DNA of 64,000 nucleotides from Camelus ferus (Eukaryota). The notes beneath the pieces were generated by a model. That model saw only the letters and a list, made by a program, of their open reading frames with translations, searched no databases and had not been told where the DNA came from. The stretch covers positions 87,670,001 through 87,734,000 of the forward strand of contig NC_045697.1 of assembly GCF_009834535.1 (NCBI RefSeq), read 5' to 3'. The position numbers and the translations under genes were made by a program. Shown here piece after piece: positions 24,468 to 37,631 of this stretch; within the stretch, counting starts at the first letter, position 1; the number at the start of each line of letters is the position of its first letter.

Positions 24468-24645
24468 AAGGACTGCGCTTCAGCTTTAGTGGGGCCTCAA
24501 CAAATGCAATTTGGGGGATCATCTTCCATAAAAACAGAACAATATTAAAAATACAAACTTATGCACAAGGTCTTGGATGGGGTCATTGGGAGAATGGAGC
24601 CCTAAGCTGAAGTTTCATTAGCTTCCAAGTAAATCAAGTCTCTCC
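24468..24645 (+). mobile_element. hAT-Tip100 MITE, MER45A-like
   Basis: gtggggcctc...caatttgggggatc...aatacaaact...gccctaagctgaagtttcattagcttc...gtaaatc, about 180 bp. Confidence 0.7.
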
Positions 24646-24905
24646 TGCATTTCATCTCTTGTCTCCAAGGCTGAACTGAGTCACGTGGTCACTCTTGGCT
24701 GTGAGGAAAGCAAGTGTCTGGAACTTGCAGCAGCTGACTTTGGAGAGAGGTACCTAAGACTAGGGAAGAAGGGGAGAGGAACGGCTGTCAAATGAGGACC
24801 AGCTGGTGTTCACAGATGTCTGTCATTGGAATATTTATGCACAGCCAGAGGGGTAGAATCATACTGTACAAAGTGGCTGTTCTTTTCAGTAACTATGTGG
24901 ATAGG

Positions 24906-25334
24906 TGTAGTGGGATGAATAGTATCCCCCAATTTGTCTACCTGGAGTCTCAGAATATAACCTTCTTTGGAAATAGGGCCTTTGCAGATGTTATTACTTA
25001 AGGACCTTGGGATGAATTACAATGGACTTGGGGTGGGCCCTAAGTTTGATGATTGGTGTCCTTCTAGAAGAGGAGACAGACACACAGAGAAGAAGGCTGT
25101 GTGGCGATGGAGGCGGAGTCTGGAGTTATGTTGCCATAAGCCAAGGAGTGCTTGTAATCACCAGAAGCTGAAAGAGGCCAGGAAGGATTCTCCCCTAGAG
25201 CCTTCAGAGAGTGCATGACCCTACACCTTGGCTTCTGACCTTTAGCTTCTAGAATTACGAGAGAACACATTTCTCTTGTATTAAGCCACCCAGTTTGTGG
25301 TTATTCGTTATGGCAGGCTTGGGAAACTAATACA
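24906..25334 (+). mobile_element. ERVL-MaLR solo LTR (MLT1B/C-like)
   Basis: tgtagtgggatgaatagt...tttggaaatagggcctttgcagatg...aagccaaggag...gattctcccctagagccttcaga...ggaaactaataca. Confidence 0.9.
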
Positions 25335-25696
25335 GTGGTACAGAGGGTAGTTATCATGAGAAGGGGATGTGGCACTGGTGTTGATTATAGAATTGGTCAA
25401 GGGAGTTTCCGAGCAGGCAGTCGTAGATACAGGATGAGAGCCAGGTTGGAGTATTGTGTTGACAGCGGGGCATGGGAATCTCAGTGCTAGGAAGAGCTAG
25501 TGTGAAGTCCAGGCAAGAGAGTAGAGATAATGAGACAGGGGGACAGACACTCTCTCTTCCATCCAGACGAGCTCGTCCCTAAGCATGTCTGCTTCTTGCT
25601 GACTGTGTCCATAAATGCTCTACGTCAGAAATGTCCGTCCCCTTAGTCTTGCCTAACTCACTCACTTGCCTCATTCACTGTCACTGGTGTGGAGTG

Positions 25697-25716
25697 GTGT
25701 GTGTGTGTGTGTGTGT
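25697..25716. repeat. (GT)10 microsatellite
   Basis: Seen directly. Confidence 0.9.
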
Positions 25717-26889
25717 AGAGTGATATGTGTACCATTATCCATATCCATATTTAGACATTAAGTGATAGAGCAGCATCTCTGTCTGTGGTTTTCTTCTCTG
25801 GTAGAATATTCTTGAAGTTTTTTAAGAAGTGCTTAAGTGAGGTTGATGGCATGTAATGTCTATCTTGTGGATTATGAGGATAAGAAAAATGACTGATATT
25901 AAATTCTTGTTAAGTCTTCTGTATTTAAATACAATGATTTAAAAATCTGTGATTTGGGAACGATGAGGTATTTCACATTTATTTACTTTAGACATAAAGG
26001 AAATCTGCTCTTCTGAACTACCAAAATTTCTAATTTTCTGCTCTTTTGATATGAATATACCTTAAGTGTACTGTACACCTCCATGGATTCTTAGACATTC
26101 TGTCTCTTTTCCTGGATGACTCAAGGTCCAGGTTATGAACATCCATTATTGTTCTGTGCTATATTGTGATGTTCTGGGACCCCTTTCCTAAAAGCCCTGG
26201 ACGATCACATAGTGAACTGTTGTTCTGTTCTCTTGCTGTGAGCTGGCCAGCCGTGCTTCTGGTAGCTGCCAGCACACTTTCCTCTACTAGAACGCTGTCT
26301 TTCTTGAACATGCTGTTTCTAATCCATCGTGGCCTGGGAATCCAAACAACACAGCTTGTTAGACTTGATCGTAATGTAAGAGTAAATGCCCCCAGGCAAG
26401 CATCTGTGTCCCTCCAGTGAGTTTCTTTGGGAATCTCTTCTTCTAGTTAGGTGTTACAAGTTTTAGTGCATGGATGGCCAGAGTAATATTTTCTTTGCTT
26501 CTGAACAATTGAATAGATCCAGCTGGCTCGTGAGGTGCTTGACAGCATCCAGCAAATTCTCAGTAGGAATTGTTTTTTCCCCTTTATGTTGCTTTCCATG
26601 CCCTAAGTTATCTTTAAGTATTATATGTGTGTTTTTGTTTCATTTTAGGATATCAATGGGGTAATGTTAGCTGTAGAAATAATTCCTTACTTTTAAAACC
26701 TCCATCTTGGGGAGTTATCTGAGCCAAACTTTGGAGAATGATAATGTGTGGTTTATTTTGGGCTAGTTAAGGGTCCATGTTGTTAATGACTGACACACAG
26801 CCACCATGTGTGTCAAAGCCGGGGTTAACCAAAAGGAAAAACTGTATGAGAATAACCTGACTGTGCCAAGAGGTAATACTTTAGATATG

Positions 26890-27067
26890 CAACCAGTCCT
26901 CCATAACCATGATTTCCACATCTGCAGAGCCAACCAAGAGAACCTGTGGACACAGAGATGTACTGTGCTGCACCAGTTGCACATAAGGGACCTGAGCATC
27001 CACGGATTCCTTTATCCATGGAGGTCCGGAACCAACGCCCCACAGACACTGACGGGCAGCTGGACTG
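26890..27067 (+). mobile_element. TcMar-Tigger MITE (MER2-like)
   Basis: Degenerate TIR caaccagtcctccataaccatg, internal ataagggacctgagcatccacggatt...ggaaccaacgccccacagacactga, ending gactg followed by TA. Confidence 0.75.
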
Positions 27068-28994
27068 TACGTGGCAGTAGCAGGAGTCGCAGGAGAAGAG
27101 CCAGTGTTTCCTAGGATGTCATACTCTTCATGAGTCGTGTTGCCAGAGGTCTTTGAATCTTGAGATGACGTTTAAGTTAAAATGACAAGAGTAGGAATTT
27201 TGAGGTCAGACTCAATAGTGTTTGGATAACAGTCATTTGATTTAAGAAAAGAGAGTCTTTAAGTGGACCCCATTCCTCTTAGGACTTTTTCCAACCATCC
27301 TACGCTTCTCAGCAGCATTACACACAGACTCTTGCTGTGAGAGAGTAAATGGTGAGGGGCATAGAACACTTATAAAAGTGGCAAGAGCCAAGTGTAAATA
27401 GTCACAGCCTTTAAAAATAATGCAGGTTTCAGAAAACGAGTGCCTCTATAAATCACTGGAAAACTCGATGGTGATTCTAACTGCAGATGGGCTTTTAAAC
27501 AAGTGGGTGAGTTTGTTGCTGCTTCCCTGCTCCCAATTGGATACTAAAAAAAAAAAAAGAAAAAGAAAAAAAGTCTCTTTCTCAATTTCCTGTTCTCAGG
27601 CCTTATTAAAATCATTCTGTTGCCCTGACCCCCGCCCCTGTTTCTTTCTTCTTTTCACATCTGTGTTTGTGTGGGGAGGATGTTACCCACAGTTCCCGGC
27701 CGTGAAGAATGCATGAAAGTCATGAGGAAGAGAGATGGTGACCCTGCTTCAGCGTGTGCGAGATGAGTGATGTGGAGAGAGAGAGAGGGAGATGAGGAGA
27801 GGGGGAGAGGGGGCAAGCAGTGGTGCAGGGTTATGAGTTGTACAGTTATTTCTAGCTTTGAATTGTGTCCAAATCTCATACATTCACAGACAGCCTCGCC
27901 AAAGCCCACAGCTGTCATGCATTTTCAACAGATTCCACAGGGCCTAGATGAGGTTTGAAGGCATTCCTTTGCTCTTACACATTAGCTAAAAGGAATTACC
28001 GTAACATCTGATATTGTGGAAGTGGGATATCTGCCATCCTGACCTTGCCCAAAGCGGTCCGGAAATAGGGGTCCAAGAATGTATTATCTCATACGGCCTC
28101 TCAAGGTCACCAGGGGCCCCTCGGTGGCGTTCCAACAAAACCCCAGCACCCAACACCCTCTGCATTTGGAGAAACTGTGCTGCTTTGTAAGGACCCAGTG
28201 GGCAGACACGTGTTCCCATTGCTATTTGGATGTTTGTCATCGGAAAGGCATGTTCCACTGGAGACATTCCCAGCTGTCAGTAATGTGCTGATACACCGCG
28301 GCCAATCATTGGAGGACGAGCCAAATAAACAGGATGTTCACAGTGTGTGTGATTGCATGAGTGTGTAGCAAAACTTCTGCCCATTTCACAGCCTCATAAT
28401 GGGATTGACATGCATTGCTTAATCTGCGTCTGTCTGTTTAGGGTAGAAACACATAAACACCATGGAAACAACGTGTTAGAAAGTCCTTTCTTTGGCTATA
28501 TGGGCTGTTGATACGATGGGACGAAATCTGTATAAATTGGGAATGAGCGTAGCTTTAATGTCACAAGTTTCCTTGCTGGGAAGTGCCTTCAAGTCCTCCA
28601 AACAGAGAGGAAATGATCAGGTCATCAGTGGCTATTGTGAGCTGGCGAAGGCGGCTGGGGCTAGAGGGCTGTTTTTACATACCACTGGAGTCGCCTTCGT
28701 TCTTTGTGTAAGACATTCATTAATTGAGTTATTTATATCAATGTACAGAAACAAGTCAAAGTTATGTCATTGCCCTTTTTTTGTTTGGAAATGCTGCTAC
28801 TGCTAACTGTTGGTGTCTAAACATTTTCCTGAAGCAGCAATTTGGGGAGGAGGTGTGTGTCGGGGGGGTTCCTTCAACATTCACATGCAGGGTGGGTTCT
28901 TTGAAAAATAACGTTAAGTGTCCTGTTAGGTATCAGACTTCTTACTCCCCTGGGTATGCAAGTCTCTTTTGCCCAAGTTGGTACGTTTATTCAC

Positions 28995-29256
28995 GATAAT
29001 GACAGTAGCATAACATTTATTGCAGATTTCCTATTTGCCAATACTGGGCTAAGCCTTTAACATAAGTGAACTCTTTTAATTCTCACAAAATGCATATAAT
29101 GTTGATATTATTATAATTCTTCTAAAGATAAGGACATTGGGGTTCATGGAAGCTAGTAGGCTTGCCTAAGGAGATAGGGCTAGAAAGAGAGCGAGCTTGA
29201 AGCCAGGTCTGAGTATCCACTGAGCCCTGAATGTATCCACTCCTCTGTGTTACTGT
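28995..29256 (-). mobile_element. MIR SINE, near full length
   Basis: taacatttattgcag...tttaattctcacaaa...agataaggacattggggttca...cttgcctaagg...tgaagccaggtctg. Confidence 0.8.
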
Positions 29257-29700
29257 CGTGTGTCTCTGCTCTGTGTGAAATCTGATTCTCTTCCAGCCTC
29301 TGACGTTATGCTCCATTGAAACATGACTTCTTGTATCTTCTTGAACAAGCTTCAATCAAGTACCTAGATAATTGTGGTGTTTAGGGTCTATTCATTTAGA
29401 ACACTTCACCAACCCAGCAGGTTGAAGACTGAGGACCACGCCATGAAGCCATTTTTTTCAGTTTTGATGTTTTCATTATGGTTGTTACATGTGCTTTTGA
29501 AACTTACTGTCCAAGATGCACTGATTTAAGCCAAAATCAAGTGTCAAGATTCCATCTTCTAAAAATTTTAACACTTCCAATAGTTTTTATGTGATTAACA
29601 TAGTGGGGGAAAAAAGAAAGAGTTCTAAATGCACAAAATATGTGTGCTTATTTTGGTTTATGAAATTTTTAAAGACTTGTACTGTGATACTTGGCAGGAG

Positions 29701-29915
29701 ACAGTACTACATAGTGGTTAGGGCACAGGCTCTGGCGTTTCATTACTTCCTATCTCTGTGACCTTGGGGAATTTAACTGATGTCTCTGTGCCCATTTTTT
29801 TCCCCATCTGTGCAGTAGGGTGTAGAGAAATAATACCTGTCTCCTAGGATTGTTGTTGGGATGTAATGAGAGAATACATGTAAAATGTGTGCCCTGTAAC
29901 AAGTATTCAATAGTA
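29701..29915 (+). mobile_element. MIR SINE
   Basis: acagtactacatagtggttagggcacaggctctgg...tgtgaccttggggaatttaac...catctgt...ggattgttg. Confidence 0.85.
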
Positions 29916-29954
29916 TGCACTGAAATGCCTTTTGGCACTTTCCATCACCGATCT

Positions 29955-30146
29955 CTGTATTATTTTTCTCCTAGGTCCTCACTGCAGTCAGACACACTGG
30001 ATTATATTTGTTAAGTGTTGCCTCCCTAAACTAGAACATAAGTTCTGTGAAACCAGGTATGTTTTGTTCTCTGCTGTATCCTTATTACCTAGAAGAGCAG
30101 CTGATAGCACGCAGGTCTTCACAAATATCTGTTAAATAAATGAATA
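29955..30146 (+). mobile_element. L2 3' end
   Basis: ctagaacataagttctgtga...ttgttctctgctgtatcc...acaaatatctgttaaataaatgaat. Confidence 0.8.
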
Positions 30147-30879
30147 TTAGTTATTATAATTACTACTATTATCATCTGTTTCCGACTCAGATACCGTGCT
30201 TTAAAAAAATCCTCAAAATACTGTTGAGGTCTGCAGAGTTACCAAGAGGCTTACGATTTATTTGATTTGTGAGCATAGAATGTAATAGCTTATAGAAACA
30301 TCAGAGCATCTTGAGTTTAACCTCTTCAAATTAAAAAATAAGAGAACTTAAAATACCTTGAGGCCAGCGATATTAAGTGATGTTCCCTCAGTCAGGAATT
30401 ACCTGGTGGCAGATTAAGAACTGGCATCAAGGCCTCTGACACTGATTGCAACAGTCTTTCTTCTGTGTCCCACTGACTTCTAATTTGGGTACCAACATGG
30501 CTCCCACCCCTCAGTGGACCAGTCCTCAGTCCAGGTCAAAACCCGGTTCCTATTCATCGTTGTGTTTTACACCAGACTTCTCATCACTTCTGGTTGGCTG
30601 GCCATTGCTGTCTTGCAGGTCTGTTGCAGTGATGGAGTTTCTTATTTGGATGATAAAACGCACTTCTGTCACAAGTCATTTACAAGGTGCCGGGGAGAGC
30701 TGCGCCTCTCCAGGCCACTTAGTGAGAAGTTGTGCACCTTTCATCAGCTCTACTTGGAGCCCTTCCCGGGATTTTGAGATCTCTAGGATGTTTCATTTGG
30801 GGAGAATATCAGAATACGTAAAAGCTATAAAGGCTATTACACTTCTGACTCCAGAGCTGTCTAGGGGGAAAAGACAGTA

Positions 30880-31150
30880 TGAATTCATCCAACCAACATT
30901 TATTAAGTGATTACAATATGGTGAGCAATGTGTATGCATGTAGATGGAGTTCACAAAAAATTTTAAGTTGCACCTTTTCCTGAAGTTTATGATCTGGCTG
31001 AAAAATAAATTATCCAAAATAAGTCCTGCAGTACATAACACAGTAGTTAGAAAACGAAAAGGGAAGATGAAAATAAAAATTTGAAGGAGCTTAGAGGAAG
31101 AATGAAAATCACTGTCAGGGGATGAATTGGGATGTTCATGTAAGAGGCAG
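30880..31150 (-). mobile_element. L2 fragment
   Basis: attcatccaaccaacatttattaagtgattacaatatg. Confidence 0.55.
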
Positions 31151-31860
31151 TATCTTAACTAAACTACCATGGAACAGTAGTCTTCAAATTCCCTCCATCT
31201 TAGGTGAAATATATTTTAAAGTTGATTACTTAGGGTCTGTTTTACTTCGTGACATTTTATATTCCCGTGTATGTCACATAGTAGACATACATATGCAACA
31301 TAATGCAACCACCATAGCTTATTTCTCAAATAGAGGCTTTTATTGGAGGTATGATTATGTATTTTTTTTTTGCATAGCCACAATTATAAACATTTACTTG
31401 AGTTTATAAATGATAGTATGCTCCTAGAAGAAAAAAAATTGTATCTTCCACATACATGCGTCCAACATTTGGAATCTCTATATGTAGCTAAGAATTAAAC
31501 AGACCCTTTTTGAACATTGCTGATTTGACTCACATAACTGATTATGGTTAAAAACACAAAAGATTTGTAAACCAAAGTCCGTTATGATATAGTATGGAGT
31601 AGTAAGAAAGCCAGGAGCTGAACCCATGACTTTTATACTGAAAGTCCCAGAAAACATTTGCTATTGCCTCCACAGACTTTTTCCCCCCTTGGGGGTGTAT
31701 CTTTCTACTTAAAATAATCTACTGCATTTATTTTAATGGATCTCTTTCCTGCTCCTTGCTTTCAAAAGTAAATATAATGCTGGTTAAATAAGTATGTTTA
31801 GTTCTGTTAAATATTTTACAGTGCATTCAGTACTACATGGTAACTAGAAAATTGAAAGTT

Positions 31861-31967
31861 CTTTTTTTATTGAGGTATAATTGATAATATGACATTCTCT
31901 TAGTTTCAGATATAAAACATAGTGATTCGATATCTGTATATATTGCAGACTGATCACCACACTACTC
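31861..31967 (-). mobile_element. Very short L1 3' tail with target-site duplication
   Basis: ttttttattgaggtataattgata...ttagtttcagatataaaacatagtgattcgatat, flanked by direct repeats ttgaaagtt (31852-31860 and 31968-31976). Confidence 0.8.
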
Positions 31968-33269
31968 TTGAAAGTTTTGATTAATTTTAATGATTAAACC
32001 ATATATCATATTTTCCATTTATCAATCCAAAAATTTAAAAATAAATTCAATTTATAGAGGAGCGACAGGAATGTGATTTGGATCAGTTTAGTGTGGTGAT
32101 GGCTCTTCACTGCCATTCTTCCCCACTGTTTTGACTTTGCCTTGTCCCAGCTCAGCGGAGGAGCTGTCTGCTGTGGGGCTCTCTGCCCTTAGCATCCATG
32201 CCGTTGGCCCGTTGGTTTCCTGATTGTGGGCTGCTCTAGCTACCCATTCTGGCTGCTGGCTCCTAAAGCTACAACTGCAGCTTTAGCCTTTTGTTTCTCA
32301 CGTACAACATGCTGATAGATGTGCTCACTGAATATTTTAACCAGCACACTTACTCTGGCTTTTTCTGAAGCTGATGAAATTACCAAAACAAATTTAGGCT
32401 CCTGTGAAGAACAAAGGGAAGGCCAAACCAGAAAGATGGATCAAACAGAGCCGCTATGGAAGACGTCTCCGAGCTCTCGCAGAGCACAGGAACAGCGGTG
32501 CTCAGTGGCTTTGGGGGGCCACGCTCTCTCATGCTGAGAATTGAATGAAAGCAGCTTACTCAAACCTGTGTACTAAGTCTTACCATAATTAGTTTTTACA
32601 CTCGCATCGGATCTTAGACCAGATTAGCCGTTGCTATTTGTGCAGACAAGTTGATCAAATTTTTGGAAATATTTTGGGACAGGTTTGCTGAGGTCATGAA
32701 AATATAACTATAACAAGAAGAATGCTTTATTGCCAGGTATTTATCGAGCTGTTATTATGTGAAGGAGACTTATTTAAAGTGTAAATATTTATACAAGACA
32801 CAGTCCCTACCCAGGGGGCCTTGTGCACAGTTACTGAAACTGGTGTGGGGCCTTCCGATGGCTGAAGGAAGTCCAGGGTGTCATCTACATTAAGAGGATT
32901 TTTCCAGTGGTTGATCGAATATTAGATCTGAAAGGGCTTTCAGAACTCATCTACTCCTCCCATCTTATTCTATGACTATAACTGTACATGTGACTTGCCT
33001 AAGGTTACTCAGAAAGATAGCATAAACTCAGATATAAACATACTTATCTTTCCTCTATGTGTGGTCATTTTTTCATGGTATGACATATATATTTATACTG
33101 ATTTAAGCAGATCACATGCAGTTGAATTTCACTTGTATTAGTTTAGTGCTTATTTTTGATTGTTTTAAGACTAATGTGCTTAATCTGGTTTTCTTTGTGT
33201 TGTGTATTTTAAGCTACAGGAGAGAGGGCAAGGGGAAAGCTTGTCTATTTTGCACTTTAATTTTTTCAT

Positions 33270-33752
33270 TTTTTTATTGGTACTAATTTGAAACTTTTCA
33301 TTATATAAGTAATACATGCTAATTGAATAAAAGTAGAAAATACAGATAATGAAAAAGAAAATTAAATTCAATTATAATCCAATTCCCCAGAGAAAACCAC
33401 TATTTTTACATATGTTCATTGCAATTTAAAAAATGGCATCACATTTAACCTACTTTTTTATACTATTACATGTAACTATTACATGGGCATTTTTCATGTG
33501 AGTATGTTTAGAATATCACTTTTATTGGGACTACAAAATAGTTTCTTATTTATCTTATATTTTGGACATTTTTTTCACTGATTTTCATTTCGTTGATTTT
33601 TGAACACTTTGAGAACAAATTTTCTTTGTTGTAAATATTCTGAAATAAAGATTCATATAATTACACATTTATATGTAATGTTCCCTTTACATTTTCAGAA
33701 GTAGAGTTCCTGGATCAAAGGGTATAGACATATGTAAGGTTTTTGATACACA
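33270..33752 (-). mobile_element. Old L1M (L1ME/L1MC) 3' fragment
   Basis: aagtaatacatgc...ccccagagaaaaccactatt...agaagtagagttcctggatcaaagggtat...tttttgataca. Confidence 0.65.
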
Positions 33753-35070
33753 GTGGGCCCATCACCAACACTTTTTATTCTAATTTCAAAAGCTGTAGTT
33801 TATACTCAGTGCTGCAGGACTTTAAAATGTGGCAAAGGGTGAATAGGTCTATTGAAAAAAAAAAAAAACAACTCCCCAGCGAGACATGTAGGGTTACAGT
33901 GGCTTAGCGTCCACACAGCAGGAGTATCATTTTCTGAAATATATGAACTAGGTGGCATCCATCACTGATGGTAAGTGTTCCAGAGAGAGGAGGTCTCGTT
34001 TCTATCCTTCAAGTAAGAGGATGCTGATCCTAAATTTAACAGTGGCATCCGTCACATTTGCATACCTCCTTATGAGAGATCTCTGACTCACATTTGCTAA
34101 ATCTGGGGTATAAACTGCATTATGCTTCTATAAGAACTTGGACGTCTTTAGCTGTTAACTAGAGAGCAAATATTGTTACCACCTAGAGGACACTGTGAGT
34201 CTCTTACTTGTTTGAGTTTGCTCTCTGTGTGTGATTACTCACTGATATGAGACTAAGAGTGAGCTATTATTTTTTAACTTGGTTTACTAGACGTGGGGAG
34301 ATGTGTATAATGAAAATACTAAATTCAGTGAGCTTTGTATGCATCTTTTAAAAGTAAGAATATACTTTCTAACATAAAAATATTTTCAAAGAGAAAAATA
34401 CACACACACATTTATTTTTTGCAATGATGATCTTTTGCATGTTGGTGCCTTATGGAATATAAACTCTTTGGTTTTCTCGGATGAGAATTAGTTGAGCTAG
34501 TTTCAAGCATGTTGTTTTGAGATAATGTTTTGAGATAATGGTGTTTTGTGATAATAGTTGTGGAGAGTCTCTAGCATGATGTTTAAGTGTTGGAATGAAC
34601 TCCTACCTCTGTTTCTGAAACAGTCTAAACATTCGAGGGAAAATATTATTGCATTTGTTTTATGCCATCTGTGATTTGAATTGTTCACATCGGAAATTCT
34701 AAAATATTTCCAAAGGTAAGATTTTTCAAAACTAAGTATTTTGTTATCTAAGTAAATGTTTATATAATTTGAGATTATATTATAACTCAATTCATAATGT
34801 TTTCAGTAAATACACATGCAGTTATTTTGCCATCTTTACTGAATAGCTCAAGTGTATGTTAATTCATTCTTTGAAATAGACAACTGTCATTTTCAGCCTC
34901 TATTTTTGTTTGCAGGTCATGCTTATTTTGATTAGTGGATTCTGGGATAGCTCTAGGAAAACTGCTGGAATTTTTATTAGTGCTTTTTTGGGAAAATGTG
35001 GATTTTGTACTTCATAACTACACTCATGTTATACTAGTAAATATTATTATATCAGATGAGCTTAGTGTAC

Positions 35071-35266
35071 TTTATTTTTTACTGAAGTATAGTCAGTTAC
35101 AATGTGTCAGTTTCTGGTGTACAGCATAATGTTTCAGGCATACATATACATACATATATTCATTTTCATAGTCTTTCTCACTATTGGTTACTATAAGATA
35201 CTGAACATAGTTCCCTGTGTTATAGAGAAGAAATTTGGGTTTTTATAACCTATTTTATATATAGTA
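35071..35266 (-). mobile_element. Young camelid-type L1 3' tail
   Basis: tttttactgaagtatagtcagttacaatgtgtcagtttctggtgtacagcataatg...gaacatagttccctgtg. Homologous to the 5.0 kb and 51.4 kb copies. Confidence 0.85.
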
Positions 35267-35934
35267 AATAGAGAAGAGGATATCGTAGGACTGAGTACTT
35301 TGACGGAATGGAAAAAAGTGAGGGAGATTTTTTTAAAAAGCCTAGAGCATAGATGATGTCTGGCTCAGGGCTGACTCGGGTGCTGACTGCTGGAGCGTTC
35401 TGGGGCTCTCTAGGAAGGACGAGAGTCTTGAGCACCTGCCTGGGTGGGTGTTGGTTCATGTGAAGAGCCGTGTTCCGCTTGACCTTGATGTTCTCTGTCA
35501 GTCCAAATGTTTGCTCTGGATAACACCTTTCCTCTGCTTCATCACTTCCTTGTTCTCCTTCAAATGACAGTTCAGGACAATTTCCCTAACATCCAGTGAC
35601 CTCCAAACCACCAACGTAATTCTGGATCCTCTTGACTACTCACTTCTTTGGTCATCATTGCAGCTCTTATTTTTATAGATAGAATGTGTGTCTGTGCTGT
35701 TTCCCTTATTAAACCATAATCGTGCAGCTGGGGCCAAGTCTAATCTCAACTGTGTTCCCGGAAACAAAATAATACAAGATACATAATAAAATGAAATAAG
35801 ATATGCAAACAAAAGTTAGATATCTGAGCATTTCTAAGTAAATATAGGGGAATTTTATTCCAATTTCTTAGCCATTTAAGTTGAAAATATTTCTCCTAGT
35901 TGGATTAGAGGAAGGAAAAAAAAAAGGAGATGAG

Positions 35935-36190
35935 TCTGAGCATTGAGCTAGTATTGAAGATTTGCTTCATGCTGGACATTATACAGAACTTTTTTTTTTT
36001 TTTTTTTTTTTTTACAAATTACCTCATACAGGCCTCATCACTGCCCATGTGAGAGATGCCTTTAAGTTCATTTTAGAGATGAAGACATCAAGAGATTTTT
36101 TTTTTCTGACAAGGCTCAGAGAGACTTGGTCTAGGACACCTAATTAGTAAGTATAGGTACTGGAACAAGAACACAGAAATGTATGGCAGG
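35935..36190 (-). mobile_element. MIR SINE with internal poly-T
   Basis: tattgaagatttgcttcatgctggacatt...cattttagagatgaag...aggctcagagagacttggtctaggacacctaattagtaagt. Confidence 0.65.
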
Positions 36191-37631
36191 AAACATTCAT
36201 CCTGTCAGCCAGTTCTAACATCCTGATATCCATTTTCTCCTGGCCTGATTCTAATAATGTAAAGTAATGCTTTAAAACCTCTTTTCTCATTTTAAACTTT
36301 CCAAGCTCTGGCTGGTGCTGAAAGTTGCTATTTCAGTAATGGGTGCTATTGTAAGGGTTGAGGATTTTTGGATGGATACTCCCACAGCAGGTTCTTTACT
36401 CATATGACCTGTAAGTAGAGGACATTGCCTTCTCCATCTGGAAAGGGCTCTGGGGATCCATGTGTTCTTTCAGGTCATTATAGGGCTTCTCTGCTTCTCA
36501 CAAAAATATCCAACTGAAGACTGTTGTGAAAATAAAAGGAGCCAAAGGTCTTTCTTCTCAGTGTTGGGTTGAAAATATCACCTTATTACTATTGCTAATA
36601 TTATTATGATATTATATTGTCTTTGTAGGCATGCCAGCTAATGCGTTACTTGGTTATTGTATCTTATGTGAGGTAGTAGTGGCTATTATAAATTAGATTC
36701 TTATTTTTTTCAAATGAAGTGTGACTCAGGTAGCCAATTCTAGTCAAGTAATGCCTAAATTGTAATATTTTACAATATTAAACATAATTTCCTACTAGCA
36801 TGGTATAGAATGTCATATCAAATGTTTTTGAAATGCAGCCCCATGGAGAAAAATATTGACAGTTGCAGAAAGGTTATCACCAGAAACTGGGCCACATTAA
36901 CCAACACAATAATTTCCTTCCAAATGCGAACATCCTTAACGTAAAAGAAAGATTTTCTTCATAATGTTATAAACGTGTTCTTCCCTGCAGCAGGATTGAT
37001 AATTAATACCACATATTCATGGTGAGAAATATATGGGTTTGGTCATAAATGTTCTCATGCATTTTAAACGTCACTAAAATGAATGGCCTTTATTATTTCA
37101 GAATGATAACTTGTTCCCCGACACTGCTACTTTGCAGGGGATGAAGACTGCATTGGCACGTGATGAAATATTACAGGAACAGGCCGTGAGCATTTGTAAG
37201 ACACACCCTTCGCTCTGAATCAATGCCGTAAGAGCAGCACGTAAGGACACAAGGAATATGTTTGAGGAAATCCAACCCCTGCCCTTGCTTCCACTTACAC
37301 TCTCATAAATCAGTCTAGGTGAATATCTTAAGCTCAGTTAGGAAAAGATTTAGAGAAAGACAATGCTCCTCTTTCTTTGACTTGCAGGACCAAGTGCTCT
37401 ATTCATGGTTACCCCTGCTTTCTAGACACAGCTTATTTTGGTTTGTTTTTCAGAAAATCTCCAAAGGCTTGATTTCTGCGGGCAGTTTTGTTCCACATTA
37501 AGAGAGAAGGACTTATATGTTTTCTTGCTCTGAGACACATTAAAACCATGTGAGGCCGACAAAATAGGTGTGGATAAGAGCAATTGGTTTGTGTGAAGGG
37601 AAGAATTACCAACTGAGTAGAAAATTAAGAC

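Noticed and set aside
33952..34055. 14-bp near-direct repeat gtggcatcc(a/g)tcac, 90 bp apart
   Set aside because: Only two copies with no array or element between them; plausibly chance.
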